Below, one piece after another: positions 39,327-49,377 of a stretch of DNA of 64,000 nucleotides. Under the pieces are notes generated by a model. That model ran no database searches and was not told where the DNA came from. It worked only from the letters and a program-made list of their open reading frames with translations. Position numbers and translations under genes: made by a program. Position 1 is the first letter of the stretch. Each line of letters opens with the position of its first letter. The stretch comes from Myxococcota bacterium (lineage in GTDB: Bacteria; Myxococcota_A; Polyangia; Nannocystales; Nannocystaceae). The stretch spans positions 160,001 to 224,000 of the forward strand of contig JBCCHT010000010.1 in NCBI GenBank assembly GCA_039028615.1, read 5' to 3'.

Positions 39327-40040
39327 ATGCTCGAACCTCTGGCCGAAGGTCTGTGGCACGACCATTTCGATCTCTTCATGCCCGGGCGGGTGCACTTCCG
39401 CGGGCGCATGGTGGTCGCGCGTCTCGGTAGCGGCGGCCTGTGGGTCTGGTCGCCGATTCCCATCTCCGACGAACTCGCGGCGCAGCTGGCCGAGCTGGGC
39501 CCCGTGGAGCACTTGGTGGCGCCCAACGGCTTTCACCACATGCACTTCGAAGGCGCCGCCGAGCGCTACGGGTCGGCCCGCAAGTGGATTAGCCCCGCGT
39601 TGGTCACCAAGCGCCCCGATCTCGCCCACGACGAGCTGCTCACGACCGAAGCTCCGCCCGCCTGGGCGCAGGAGTTCGACCAACACTTGATCGGGGGCAT
39701 GCCCAAGGTCGACGAATTCGTGTTCCTGCATCGACCGTCCAAGTCGTTGCTCGTCACCGACATGGTGTTCAACATCCTCGAGTATCAGGGCTGGGTGTCC
39801 GGGCTCGTGTTCCGCATGGCGGGCACGCACAAGCGCTTCGCCCAGAGCCGCTTGTTCCGCTCGTTCGTCAAGGATCGCGCTGCGGCGGCCCATAGCGCCC
39901 GGCACATCCTCGGCTGGGACTTCGAGCGCGTGGTGATGGCCCACGGCGAGATCGTCGAGCAGGGCGCACGCGAGACGTTGGAAGGCGCGCTCGGCTGGAT
40001 GCTCGCCGGAGCCCCGAGCAGCGATCCGGCCGCGGCGTAG
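39327..40040 (+). CDS. DUF4336-family protein (metallo-beta-lactamase-like fold)
   Basis: RMVVARL..GGLWVWSP, LVAPNGFHH, EFVFLHRPSKSLLVTD, WDFERVVMAHG. Confidence 0.85.
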   Translation: MLEPLAEGLWHDHFDLFMPGRVHFRGRMVVARLGSGGLWVWSPIPISDELAAQLAELGPVEHLVAPNGFHHMHFEGAAERYGSARKWISPALVTKRPDLAHDELLTTEAPPAWAQEFDQHLIGGMPKVDEFVFLHRPSKSLLVTDMVFNILEYQGWVSGLVFRMAGTHKRFAQSRLFRSFVKDRAAAAHSARHILGWDFERVVMAHGEIVEQGARETLEGALGWMLAGAPSSDPAAA

Positions 40041-40532
40041 CTACGGCTGCGCGGGCGTGTCGGCGGCGGGCGGGGTGTCGGCCGGGGGCGTTTCGGCCGA
40101 GGTGTGATCGTGGACGATGGCCCACTTGCCCTGCTCGCGGGCGAACACCAGCGAGAAGATGCCCGTCCCCGCCTGCGGGGTCTCGGTCAGCGTGAAGCGA
40201 CCCAGCGCGATCGCTCCGTCGGCGCCGACCGGGGACAGCTCGACCTCGGTGAACTCGAGGTGCCCCATCTCGCCGTTGTCGCCGTAGCGCTTTTGGTAAG
40301 AGGCGAGGGTCTCCTTCCAGCCGCGGCGGATCTTGGCGCCCGAGGTGAACACGAGGTCGTCGCGCTGGTGATAGCCCTGCATGAAGGCCTCGAGGTCGCC
40401 CGCATTCCAGGCGTCCTTCTGGCGCTCGAGCACGGCGCGAATCTCCTGTTCGTCGTCGGGCGAGGGACGGTCGGCGCGGCACGCCGACAGCAGCAGCGAA
40501 CCCAAGGTCAGGCCGAGCACGATGCGAGACAT
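40041..40532 (-). CDS. NTF2-like/SnoaL (DUF4440/YybH-type) lipoprotein
   Basis: Lipobox LLSA-C; AWNAGDLEAFMQGY...GIFSLVF...WAIVHDHTS. Confidence 0.85.
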   Translation of the reverse strand: MSRIVLGLTLGSLLLSACRADRPSPDDEQEIRAVLERQKDAWNAGDLEAFMQGYHQRDDLVFTSGAKIRRGWKETLASYQKRYGDNGEMGHLEFTEVELSPVGADGAIALGRFTLTETPQAGTGIFSLVFAREQGKWAIVHDHTSAETPPADTPPAADTPAQP

Positions 40533-40582
40533 GCCCCAGGCTCCGCCACGCGGAGCCGGAAGGCAAGCGCCGCGGGGCCGGC

Positions 40583-42073
40583 TCAGGACTCGCTGGCGGT
40601 GTCGAGGCGCACGCGCCAGCGCGAGCCCTCGGGGCCGTCCATGATGATGATGCCCTGGGCGTCGAGGCGGTTGCGGAGTTCGTCGGCCTCGGTCCACTGC
40701 TTGGCTTCGCGCAGGCGAACGCGCTCGGCGATCTGGGCCTCGATGGTGGCGCGGTCGAGCCCGGCCGCGGCGAGTCGCTTGACCTTCACCTCTTCGATGA
40801 AGTCCTGGGTCGGCGAGGCCATGAGACCGATCTGAGCGGCGACGGCGGCAAAGGCCTCGAGCGCGGGCGCGACCACGGGACCGCCTCGCTTCTTGGCCTT
40901 CTTGTGCCCGGCGAAGCGGTTGACCGCGCGCGCGAGCGTGAACAAGTGGCCCAGGACCTGCGAGGTGTTGAAGTCCTCGCGCAGCGAGTCGGCCAGCTGC
41001 TGCGGGAACGCCCGGCCGAGCTTCAGCACGGTGCCCGCGTCCTCGCCCAGCTCCTTGGCGACGTGATCGGCGTCTTCTTGGCCCTTCATCGCCTCGGCCA
41101 CGTCGCGGGCATCGTAGAGCCGGCTGAGCATGGCCAGCGCCTCGGGTAGCGCCTCGGCGTTCCAGGGCAGGGGCGAGCGGTAGTGGCTCTGCAGGTAGTA
41201 CAGGCGCACCGCCTCGGCCGGGAACTGCTCGAGCACGTCCTCGATGTTGACGACGTTGCCGAGGCTCTTGCCCATCTTCTGGCCGCCGCCCATCGTGAGC
41301 AGCCCGTTGTGCATCCAGTACGCGACGTAGCGGTCACCGTTGCTGCACTCGGACTGGGCGACCTCGTTTTCGTGGTGCGGGAACACCAGGTCGAGCCCGC
41401 CGCCGTGGATGTCGATGGTGTTGCCCAGGCACTCGCGGGACATGGCCGAGCACTCGATGTGCCAGCCGGGGCGCCCGGGACCCCAGGGGCTCTCCCACTG
41501 CGGCTCGCCGGGCTTGGCCGCCTTCCACAGGCCAAAGTCGGCGGCGGCGCGCTTGCCCTGCTGCGGCTCGGCGGAGCGCATGTCCTCGACCTTGCGACCG
41601 GACAGCGCGCCGTAGCGATCGAAGCTGTCCACGGCGAACCACACGTTGCCGTCGGCCGGGTAGGCGTGCCCGCCCTCGACCAGCTTGGCGATCATCGCGA
41701 CGATCTGGTCGATGTTCTCGGTGACGCGGGGCTCGGCATCGGGGCGCTGCAGCCCCAGGTTGTCCATGTCCCGATGAAACGCGTCGATCTCGTCCTGCGC
41801 GAGCTGCTCGGCGGTGATGCCGAGCTTGTTCGCGCGCGCAATGATCTTGTCGTCGATGTCGGTGAAGTTGCGGACGAAACGAACTTCCCAGTCCTCGTGG
41901 CGGAGCCAGCGGATGAACGCGTCGAAGATCATCATCGCCCGGGCATGCCCCACGTGCGTGCGGTCGTAGACCGTCATGCCGCAGACGTAGATCCCCACCT
42001 TTCCGGGTGTTTGCGGGACGAAGTCCTCGACGGTGCGAGACGTGGTGTTGTACAGGCGAAAAGGGGTAGGCAT
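40583..42073 (-). CDS. cysS: Cysteine--tRNA ligase
   Basis: [12 protein letters not shown] (HIGH), [42 protein letters not shown] (KMSKS). Confidence 0.97.
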   Translation of the reverse strand: MPTPFRLYNTTSRTVEDFVPQTPGKVGIYVCGMTVYDRTHVGHARAMMIFDAFIRWLRHEDWEVRFVRNFTDIDDKIIARANKLGITAEQLAQDEIDAFHRDMDNLGLQRPDAEPRVTENIDQIVAMIAKLVEGGHAYPADGNVWFAVDSFDRYGALSGRKVEDMRSAEPQQGKRAAADFGLWKAAKPGEPQWESPWGPGRPGWHIECSAMSRECLGNTIDIHGGGLDLVFPHHENEVAQSECSNGDRYVAYWMHNGLLTMGGGQKMGKSLGNVVNIEDVLEQFPAEAVRLYYLQSHYRSPLPWNAEALPEALAMLSRLYDARDVAEAMKGQEDADHVAKELGEDAGTVLKLGRAFPQQLADSLREDFNTSQVLGHLFTLARAVNRFAGHKKAKKRGGPVVAPALEAFAAVAAQIGLMASPTQDFIEEVKVKRLAAAGLDRATIEAQIAERVRLREAKQWTEADELRNRLDAQGIIIMDGPEGSRWRVRLDTASES

Positions 42074-42088
42074 CGCTTAGTTTTCGCG

Positions 42089-42117
42089 ACGCTAGCTGCG
42101 GCCCCTGGGGGTGTCAA
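42089..42117 (-). promoter_or_regulatory. Sigma70-type promoter of cysS
   Basis: TTGACA, 17 nt, TAGCGT on the minus strand, 15 nt upstream of the ATG. Confidence 0.65.
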
Positions 42118-42275
42118 CGGCCCCCACGGATGGGGCCGAGGAGGCCCCAATGAGGCCAGGACGACATTTCTGGCAGATTTCGTGAAAGTACTCGGCGCTC
42201 ATCGGTACTCCTCCATACGCGAGGGGGTTTTCAGACCCAGTGGCTGCAGATGACCCCGATAGGGAGTGTGGACCC

Positions 42276-42656
42276 GTGGACCTCACCCAACAGACTGATG
42301 AGCTTGCCGACCTCTTCGATGCGTATATGCAAAACGCCGGATCGGTTCCCGCCGTGCGTCGGTCCCCACGGTGCGCCCACAGCGGCGCGGCGGCCGAGGC
42401 TCGGCTCCAGCTGCAGGCCCAGCTACGGGCGCTGGAGCAACTGCAAAGCGGTATCCGGGCGTGTCTCGCGGCCGATGCTCACCGATTGATGGGGGACCGG
42501 GTCTTGGCCGACTCTCCCGAAATCCTTCGGCTTCAGGGGGCCATGAGCGACTGGTCGATTGCCATCGGCCTCACCTCGCGCACCACGGAGACGGTCAGCG
42601 AGGTGCTCGAGACGCTGCTCGACGACCTCGGTTCCGATCGCTCCGAGCGCGGCTAA
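42276..42656 (+). CDS. Hypothetical helical protein
   Basis: Open frame with GGAG RBS before GTG 42276; no motif recognised. Confidence 0.5.
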   Translation: MDLTQQTDELADLFDAYMQNAGSVPAVRRSPRCAHSGAAAEARLQLQAQLRALEQLQSGIRACLAADAHRLMGDRVLADSPEILRLQGAMSDWSIAIGLTSRTTETVSEVLETLLDDLGSDRSERG

Positions 42657-42711
42657 CCGGGTCCGGCCGCGGTCGGTGTCGAGGTTATCCCTCGTCGCCG
42701 CTGCCGCGGGC

Positions 42712-44271
42712 TCAAAGGGGCACGGGCGGAAAATCTTCGGGGTGGTCGTCGTCGCCGATGCAGCACACCGGGTCGTGCTCGCAGCGATGGTTCATGGCCT
42801 CGTCGTAGCACTCGTCGGCATGCAAGTAGCCGAGCGCCGCCCGGCCATTATTACCGAAGCAGCGCAGCGTGCCGTCGTCCAACAGCGCGCAGGTATGGTC
42901 CGAGCCGGCCGCGATGGCCACTGCGGTGCCTCCCAGTCGCACCGTGCCGGCCGACATCGGGGTCTCGTCGTCGCCGATGTCTTCGGTGTGCCCATAGCCC
43001 AGAGCCCCGAAGGTGTTGGAGCCCCAGCACTGCACGCTGCCGCCTTCGAGCAGGGCGCAGGTGTGGCTTCGACCCGCGGACAGGGCCACCGCGGGGCCGC
43101 TGAGCTGTAGCGGGGGCACGTCGGCGGGGACCTCGTCGTCACCGATGTCGTCGGTGTGGCCATAGCCGAGCTCACCGCCCGCGTTCGAGCCCCAGCAGCG
43201 GACGTCCCCGCCTTCGAGGATGGCGCAGGTGTGGAAGGCCCCGGCGGAGATGGACGTGGCGGGGCCTCCGAGCGGTACGTCCGACAGCTCGGACCACGTG
43301 GCCTCGTCGTGGCCGACACAGCAGCCCGGGCTGTCGCAGTGGAAGCTCTGGGCGGTGCTGCACGACTTCGCTTCGATGCCCCGGCCGAGGTTTCCAGAGC
43401 GATTGTTGAAGCCCCAGCACTGCACGCCGCCGTCGGCCAGCCGCACGCAGGTATGCGCGCCGCCCAGCGCCAGCTGGGTCACGGCGGCGCGCAAGGCCAG
43501 CGGCTCGAGGGTCTCGGCCGACTCGTCGTCACCGATGATGTCCGCGTGCCCGAAACCCGGGGCGCCGAGCGTTCCGTCGCCCCAGCACAGGACCGTGCCA
43601 TCCGCTCGGCGGGCGCAGGTGTGGCGCCCGTGCCGGGGCTGGTAGCTCGAGCTGCTGCCGCGGCCGCTCGACACCTGCAGCTCGACCACCTCGCCCAGAT
43701 CGAGGGCGGGCACATCGACCGGGAGCTCGTCGTCGCCGATGGTCTCGGTATCGCCGCGGCCGAGCGCCCCCGCGCCGCCGAAGCCCCAGCAGCGCACGGT
43801 GTCGTCTTCGAGCAGGGCGCAGGCGTGATGGGTCCCCATGGAGACGCGGGTGACGGTGCCGCCCAGCGAGACGGAGCGCAGGTCGGCCAGCGGCTCGTCG
43901 TCGGCGAGACAGCACGCGGCGTTGTCGATGCAGTCGCAGCGATCGACGGCGGTGGTCTGCCCCAGCGTGCCGTCTTGCTCCCAGCCCCAGCAGCGCACGG
44001 TGCCGTCCTCGAGCAGGGCGCAGGTCCGGGACAGCCCCGCCGTGACTGCGGTGGCGAGGATGCTCGGCGCGTCGGAGCCACTTCCCGAGCCCTCGCTCTC
44101 TTCGGCGGTGCCGTCGGCTGGATCCGTATCTGCGGTGCTCTCACCCGGGCCCGCGGTGGCGGGCGAGCCATCGCCGGACCCGGTGCCCGCGCTCGTGCCT
44201 ACCGGGTCGTTTCCACAGGCCCACAACCCGAGACCAACCACGGCGGCCAGCCCAACCAAGCGATAATCCAT
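42712..44271 (-). CDS. RCC1/BLIP-II beta-propeller lipoprotein
   Basis: Lipobox LWA-C; repeated GxxHTCALLxDGxVRCWG and IGDDExP motifs. Confidence 0.92.
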   Translation of the reverse strand: MDYRLVGLAAVVGLGLWACGNDPVGTSAGTGSGDGSPATAGPGESTADTDPADGTAEESEGSGSGSDAPSILATAVTAGLSRTCALLEDGTVRCWGWEQDGTLGQTTAVDRCDCIDNAACCLADDEPLADLRSVSLGGTVTRVSMGTHHACALLEDDTVRCWGFGGAGALGRGDTETIGDDELPVDVPALDLGEVVELQVSSGRGSSSSYQPRHGRHTCARRADGTVLCWGDGTLGAPGFGHADIIGDDESAETLEPLALRAAVTQLALGGAHTCVRLADGGVQCWGFNNRSGNLGRGIEAKSCSTAQSFHCDSPGCCVGHDEATWSELSDVPLGGPATSISAGAFHTCAILEGGDVRCWGSNAGGELGYGHTDDIGDDEVPADVPPLQLSGPAVALSAGRSHTCALLEGGSVQCWGSNTFGALGYGHTEDIGDDETPMSAGTVRLGGTAVAIAAGSDHTCALLDDGTLRCFGNNGRAALGYLHADECYDEAMNHRCEHDPVCCIGDDDHPEDFPPVPL

Positions 44272-44355
44272 GCTTCGATTGTAGGGGCGTGCCCGCGGAG
44301 CCCACAACGAAACGACCGCCGAGCCGTCCCACGCTCGGGCGGAACTCGGGCGGAA

Positions 44356-45228
44356 TTACGCCAGCGGCAGGCCTTCGTCGCCGCGCTTCTTGTACGCCCC
44401 GCCGTCCTTGAGCTTGCGCGCCGCGGTGAAGACCTGCACGGGCTCGTCGAGCGGAGCCTCGGGCATCTCGCGGCGCAACGTGGCGATGAGCTCGGCCGAC
44501 TGGCTCCGCAAGAAGGGGTTGGTCTGTCGCTCTCGGCCCAGCTGCGAGGGGACGGTGCATCGCCCCTGGGCTCGGGTGGCCCACACTTCGCGAATGCGCT
44601 CGGCCAGGACCGCGTTGCCCGGCTCCAGCGCCCACGCAAAGCGCAGGTTGTCCTGGGTGTACTCGTGCGCGCAGCAGATGCGGGTGTGGTCGGGCAGCGC
44701 GGCCAGCCGCTGCAGGCTGTCGTGCATCTTGGCGGGTGGGCCGTCGAACAGCCGCCCGCAGCCCCCGGCGAAGAGCGTGTCGCCACACAGCAGGATGTCG
44801 TCGAACACGTACGACACGTGCCCGTCGATGTGCCCCTCGGTGAGCATCACGCGGCCTTCGCAGGCGCCCAGCCGCACGGTGTCGCCCTCCGCGACGCCTT
44901 CGGTCAGGCCGGGAATCTCCGCTGCCCGGGCCTGGGCCCCGACCACCCGCAGCTCCGCCAGGCGACCGCGCTTTTCGAGGTCGCGATTGACCCCGATGTG
45001 GTCGGGATGGGTATGCGTGTTGAAGACGGTGGTGAGCGTCAGGCCGTGGGCCTCGCAGTACTCGAGCACGCTGCCCGCTTCGGGCCCGTCGACCACCGCC
45101 GTCTCGCCCGTCTCGTTGCACGTGACCAGCCAGATGAGGTTGTCGATCCACGAGGGGACCTGATGCACGGTGAGCCGTCCATCGCGGGAGGTGAAGGGGG
45201 CATGGGGCTCGGTGACGACGTGTTGCAT
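44356..45228 (-). CDS. gloB: Hydroxyacylglutathione hydrolase (glyoxalase II)
   Basis: THTHPDH, GHIDGH, GDTLFAGGCGRLF, CAHEYT..NLRFA, ERQTNPFLR. Confidence 0.92.
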   Translation of the reverse strand: MQHVVTEPHAPFTSRDGRLTVHQVPSWIDNLIWLVTCNETGETAVVDGPEAGSVLEYCEAHGLTLTTVFNTHTHPDHIGVNRDLEKRGRLAELRVVGAQARAAEIPGLTEGVAEGDTVRLGACEGRVMLTEGHIDGHVSYVFDDILLCGDTLFAGGCGRLFDGPPAKMHDSLQRLAALPDHTRICCAHEYTQDNLRFAWALEPGNAVLAERIREVWATRAQGRCTVPSQLGRERQTNPFLRSQSAELIATLRREMPEAPLDEPVQVFTAARKLKDGGAYKKRGDEGLPLA

Positions 45229-45372
45229 GGCCACGGAGAGGCGAGCATACACGCCGGATCGGGACGGCCCGCGGCGGAGCGGGCGCGAATACGCGTTCGG
45301 GGGCTCGGTGGTCGTGCCCGGCGGCGATGATGACCGATGGGGACCCGGCTGCTAGGGTCTGGGCCCCTCGCG

Positions 45373-46155
45373 ATGATCCGTCTGCTCCGCAAGCTCACCG
45401 TCGAACAATGGGCGGCCATCGATCGTGACTACCGCGATCGCGAGCTGCCCGACTCGCGGGTCATGTGGATCCTGCTGACGATCACCCTCTGCCTGGTCCT
45501 GCCGCGCTACTTCGGCAACCCGAGCTTCATCGACAGCATCCCCGCCGCCAAGAAGCTGTTCGCCACGTGGCCGCACCCGACGCTTTGGCCCAAGCTGTAC
45601 TGGGCGGGCTTCAAGTTCATCAACTACCTGCTGGTCCCGATACTCGCCATCAAGTTCCTGCTGAAGGAATCGGTGCTCGACCACGGGCTACGGCCCACCC
45701 GCGAGGGCAAGGTCTGGCTGCTCTACCTGGCGATGTTCTTGGTGGTGGTGCCCATGGCCTACGGGGCCTCGTTCACCGACAGCTTCATCCGCACCTACCC
45801 CAAGTATCGGTACGCGGGGGCGTCGTGGGAGCAGCTCATCGCCTGGGAGTTCGGCTACGGTTTTCAGTTCTTCGCGCTGGAGTTCTTCTTCCGCGGCTTC
45901 TTGCTCTTCGCGCTGGCGCGCTACATCGGCTCGGCCGCGATCTTCGTGATGGTGGTGCCCTACGCGATGATCCACTTCAGCAAGCCGCTGGCGGAGACGC
46001 TGGGCTCGGTGCTGGCCGGCATGGCGCTGGGCACCATCGCGCTGCGCACCCGCTCCATCTACGGGGGCGTGGCCGTGCACTGCGGGGTGGCGTGGGCGAT
46101 GGACCTGTTTGCGATGCTGCGCAAGGGGCAGATTCAGCACCTCTTCGAAGAATGA
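45373..46155 (+). CDS. CPBP (Abi/CAAX-type II) intramembrane glutamic protease
   Basis: Multiple TMs; LEFFFRGF, YAMIHF, VAVH...MD motifs; start 45373 or 45337. Confidence 0.85.
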   Translation: MIRLLRKLTVEQWAAIDRDYRDRELPDSRVMWILLTITLCLVLPRYFGNPSFIDSIPAAKKLFATWPHPTLWPKLYWAGFKFINYLLVPILAIKFLLKESVLDHGLRPTREGKVWLLYLAMFLVVVPMAYGASFTDSFIRTYPKYRYAGASWEQLIAWEFGYGFQFFALEFFFRGFLLFALARYIGSAAIFVMVVPYAMIHFSKPLAETLGSVLAGMALGTIALRTRSIYGGVAVHCGVAWAMDLFAMLRKGQIQHLFEE

Positions 46156-46350
46156 CTGCGTCGACGCCGGTCGTGATCGCTCCGGGCATGGCATGCGACG
46201 ATCGGTCGTGGTGATGGGCGCGGGGTGTCGAACGCCGCTGATTTTTCGGTCGGTGTTCCGGCCGACGACGCTGGCGCAGATCCCGAGCGCAAAAAAAGAC
46301 CGTGACGTCGAAACGCCACGGTCGATGCGACCCGGGATCGAGGCGAACGC

Positions 46351-46954
46351 TCAGCGCAGGGCGGCGAGCTTGGCCTCGATCTCCTCGACCTGCTTTTTGG
46401 CCGAGTCGTAGTTGTCCTGGACGATCTTCTCGCGCCGCTTGTAGGTCTCCATCCCTTGGGCGGGATTGTCGGACTGCTCGATGCTGGCCTTCATCTTCGG
46501 CAGGCGCTCGAGGAACTTGGTGCGGTTTTCGAGGTTGAGCTGTGCCTGCTCGAGGCGCTTCTCGTAGAAGGCGATCTTCTCGTCCGTGGTCGCGCTCTCG
46601 GGCGGGTCGGTGGGCGGAGGATCGGGCATGGTCGGAGCCATGCCCTTGGTCTCGGGCAGCTTGATGGCCGGGTTGCGGCGACGGCTGGCGGGCGCGGTGG
46701 CGGCATCGGTGGGTCGTGCTCCCACCCCCGCTCCCTTGGCGCCCGAGCGGCTGCCCGCCGAATCGCGAGCCGCGGCCGCGGCCTTGCCCCCGGTCCGCGC
46801 CTTTTTGACCCTTTTCGTCGTCGTCCGACGGCCAGAAGATAAGTAGTGCGGCCACCGCGAGGATGCCTGCGCCGGCCAGGACGGTCGGAAGGAAGCTCTG
46901 TTCCTCGTCGTCCGCGGGGGCTGCTCCGGGTGCCTTCTCGGTCTCGGTCGTCAT
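46351..46954 (-). pseudogene. Single-TM hypothetical protein split by a 1-nt frameshift (real, or a sequencing error)
   Basis: N-terminal TM frame from ATG 46954 becomes unnatural after DRG; the neighbouring frame continues KAAAAARD...EAKLAALR to TGA; removing one base of the G5 run (46787-46791) gives a 200-aa ORF. Confidence 0.7.
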
Positions 46955-46979
46955 GGGAAAAAGTACTATACCTCACTCT

Positions 46980-47987
46980 GTGCAAGGCGCCGACCGCGGA
47001 GAAGGCGCGGATTCCCCCGCGCCGGACTGGATCGAGATCCCGATGCCGGTCGATCTCGCCCACGATGGATACCGGGTCGACCGCTTCATCCACGCTCGAA
47101 TCCCGCGGCTGTCGAGGACACGGATTCAGACGATCATCGGCCGCGGACAGGTTCACGACACGCAGGGACCGATCGTTCGGCCTTCCCGCCGCGTGCGTGC
47201 GGGCGAGGTCCTGCTGCTGCTGCGACCGGCGCCTCCCGAGCCCGAGGTGGTGCTCGACTATCGAGAGCTCCACGAGGATGCTCACCTGCTGGTCGTCGAC
47301 AAGCCCGCGGGGCTGCCCGTGCACCCGAGCGCCCGGTATCACCGACACACGCTCACCGCGGTCATGCGCGACCGGTTGGGAGCGGGGCACGGCTGGGAGA
47401 TGGCGCATCGGCTCGACCGCGAGACCTCGGGGGTGATGGTCTTCGGGCGGCACCGCCAAAGCGCCTCGGTGCTCAAGCGCAGCTTTGCCCGCCGCGAGGT
47501 CCAAAAGGAGTACCTGGCGCTGGTGCACGGTGACTGGTCGGAGTCGCGGAGCATCGACATCCCGCTCGGCCCCGCGATGGGCTCGGAGATCCGGGTGAAG
47601 ATGGGCGCGCGCTCCCTCGCCGACGGAGGCCAGCGGGCGTGCACCGAGGTCGAGCCGCTCGGCTCGGGCCGCTTTCGAGGCGAGCCCGTGACCTTGGTTC
47701 GCGCGCGGCCTCGCACTGGTCGGCAGCACCAGATTCGGGTGCACCTGGCGCTGTGCGGGCACGGCATCGTCGGCGACAAGCTCTATGGTCTGGAAGAGTC
47801 GTGGTTTCTCGATGTGGTCGAGCGCGGCCGGCCGCTGGCCGATCTCGACGAGCACCTGGGGCTGCATCGCCATGCCCTGCACGCCTCGCGGATCCAGCTG
47901 GACCACCCCCAAAGCGGCGAGCGGGTGAGATTCGTGGCGCCCTGGCCCGAGGAGCTGCACGCGATCATGCCCGTGCCGCCGGGGTGA
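46980..47987 (+). CDS. RluA/RluD-family RNA pseudouridine synthase with S4 domain
   Basis: RVDRFI...LSRTRIQ S4 domain; VDKPAGLPVHP, HRLDRETSG, TGRQHQIRVH, GDKLYG, LHA. Confidence 0.95.
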   Translation: MQGADRGEGADSPAPDWIEIPMPVDLAHDGYRVDRFIHARIPRLSRTRIQTIIGRGQVHDTQGPIVRPSRRVRAGEVLLLLRPAPPEPEVVLDYRELHEDAHLLVVDKPAGLPVHPSARYHRHTLTAVMRDRLGAGHGWEMAHRLDRETSGVMVFGRHRQSASVLKRSFARREVQKEYLALVHGDWSESRSIDIPLGPAMGSEIRVKMGARSLADGGQRACTEVEPLGSGRFRGEPVTLVRARPRTGRQHQIRVHLALCGHGIVGDKLYGLEESWFLDVVERGRPLADLDEHLGLHRHALHASRIQLDHPQSGERVRFVAPWPEELHAIMPVPPG

Positions 47988-48066
47988 CCGGACCATTCGT
48001 CGCGAGGGGTCGACCGTCGAACGATTCGCGACGGCCGCGGGGCATGGAAGGCTGCATGCTGCGCTC

Positions 48067-49368
48067 ATGCGACGCTCGAAGCGATGCGCGTGGATCCTGG
48101 GGCTCGCCGTCGGGGTCGGCTGTGCGACCAATCCGACGCCCGGGGCCATGTCGGACACCACCGAGGCCGCCCTCGACGACTCCTCGGGCGGGCAGGGCGA
48201 CACCGAAGGTGAGGGCGAAGACGGGGTCGAGGCGCTGCCTCACCAAAGCTGTCTGGAGGACGAGGGCATCATCTCGTCGCTGCCGCCGGGCTCCGACGCC
48301 TACGCGGCGGCCGGGTTCGATCGCTACGCGGAGGTCCTCGCGCCCAACGGCAAGCCGATTCGGCTCTACGCGCAGCCCGGCGTGGAAGCGCTGGCCTTCA
48401 TTCGCGCCCGCAACCTGCTGCGCTTTTTCCTCACCGACGTGGCCGACTCGATGTACGGCACCGACAAGGGCGCGGTCGCCAACGCGATGGCGGACAACGA
48501 CGCGGTGCTGGTCATGCCCGAGGGCGCGCACGAAGAAGGCAACGAGCCCAACGTGCCCGCGCAGCCGCTGTACGAGCACGAGACGCCGGTCGACGGCTCG
48601 GCCTGGTACCTCGACAACGACTTCGAGCACCGCGATGCCGCGCTCGAGGAAATCTTCCACCTCGTGCACGACACGGGCATCGGCACCGACTTCCCCGGGG
48701 CGTTGCCCGACTACCAGGCCGCGCTACTGGCCGAGGCGATGGCCGCGATCGACAGCGGCCGTTGGGGCATCGCCATCGACCCGCAGGTGACCGAGTGGCT
48801 CGAAGAGCTCGCCGCCGAGAACAGCCTGGCGCAGGAGTATATCGCCGCGGTGATCGACAGCTACTACGGCCTGTGGGGGCCGTGGGACGGGGAGGGAGGC
48901 ATGTGGGGGCTGTACATCGCCCGCACCCGCGACGAAGTGCACGCCCTCGACCCAGCCGGGGCCGCGTTGCTCGAGGCCTTCCTGCCGCCGCAGCTCGACT
49001 ACGAGGCCCGCCTCGACCCGAGCCTGAGCGGGACCTTCAGCCTGCGCTTCGACCCCGCGCAGCCCTACACCCACAAGTCGCAGTACCTGGTCCAGGCCAC
49101 GCTCACGGGTGACATGGACTCCAACCTCGAGGGCAATGCCTTCGACAACACGCTGCGGGGCAACGCGGGCGACAACCAGATCGAGGGCGGAGAGGGCTCG
49201 GACTGGGTCGTGTACTGCTCACCGCGGGCCGAGTACACCGTCGACGTACAGGGCGACGAAATCCACATCGAGGGTCCCGACGGCCACGACGTGCTCACCG
49301 GCATCGAGCACGCCGCGTTTGCCGATCGCCAGCTCGACCTCAGCGCGCTGCGGCGTCGAAACCGGTAG
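48067..49368 (+). CDS. Lipoprotein with zincin-like EExxH motif and RTX/serralysin-like Ca-binding C-terminus
   Basis: Lipobox VGVG-C; LEEIFHLVHDTG...QEY; GNAFDNTLRGNAGDNQIEGGEGSD...DGHDVLTGIEHAAFAD. Confidence 0.75.
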   Translation: MRRSKRCAWILGLAVGVGCATNPTPGAMSDTTEAALDDSSGGQGDTEGEGEDGVEALPHQSCLEDEGIISSLPPGSDAYAAAGFDRYAEVLAPNGKPIRLYAQPGVEALAFIRARNLLRFFLTDVADSMYGTDKGAVANAMADNDAVLVMPEGAHEEGNEPNVPAQPLYEHETPVDGSAWYLDNDFEHRDAALEEIFHLVHDTGIGTDFPGALPDYQAALLAEAMAAIDSGRWGIAIDPQVTEWLEELAAENSLAQEYIAAVIDSYYGLWGPWDGEGGMWGLYIARTRDEVHALDPAGAALLEAFLPPQLDYEARLDPSLSGTFSLRFDPAQPYTHKSQYLVQATLTGDMDSNLEGNAFDNTLRGNAGDNQIEGGEGSDWVVYCSPRAEYTVDVQGDEIHIEGPDGHDVLTGIEHAAFADRQLDLSALRRRNR

Positions 49369-49377
49369 CATTGAGCG

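Noticed and set aside
41271..41290. KMGKS instead of KMSKS in CysS
   Set aside because: A tolerated variant in class I synthetases; all other motifs are intact
45373..46155. Myxosortase assignment for the CPBP protease
   Set aside because: CPBP subfamilies cannot be told apart by eye, and no MYXO-CTERM substrate was recognised in the window
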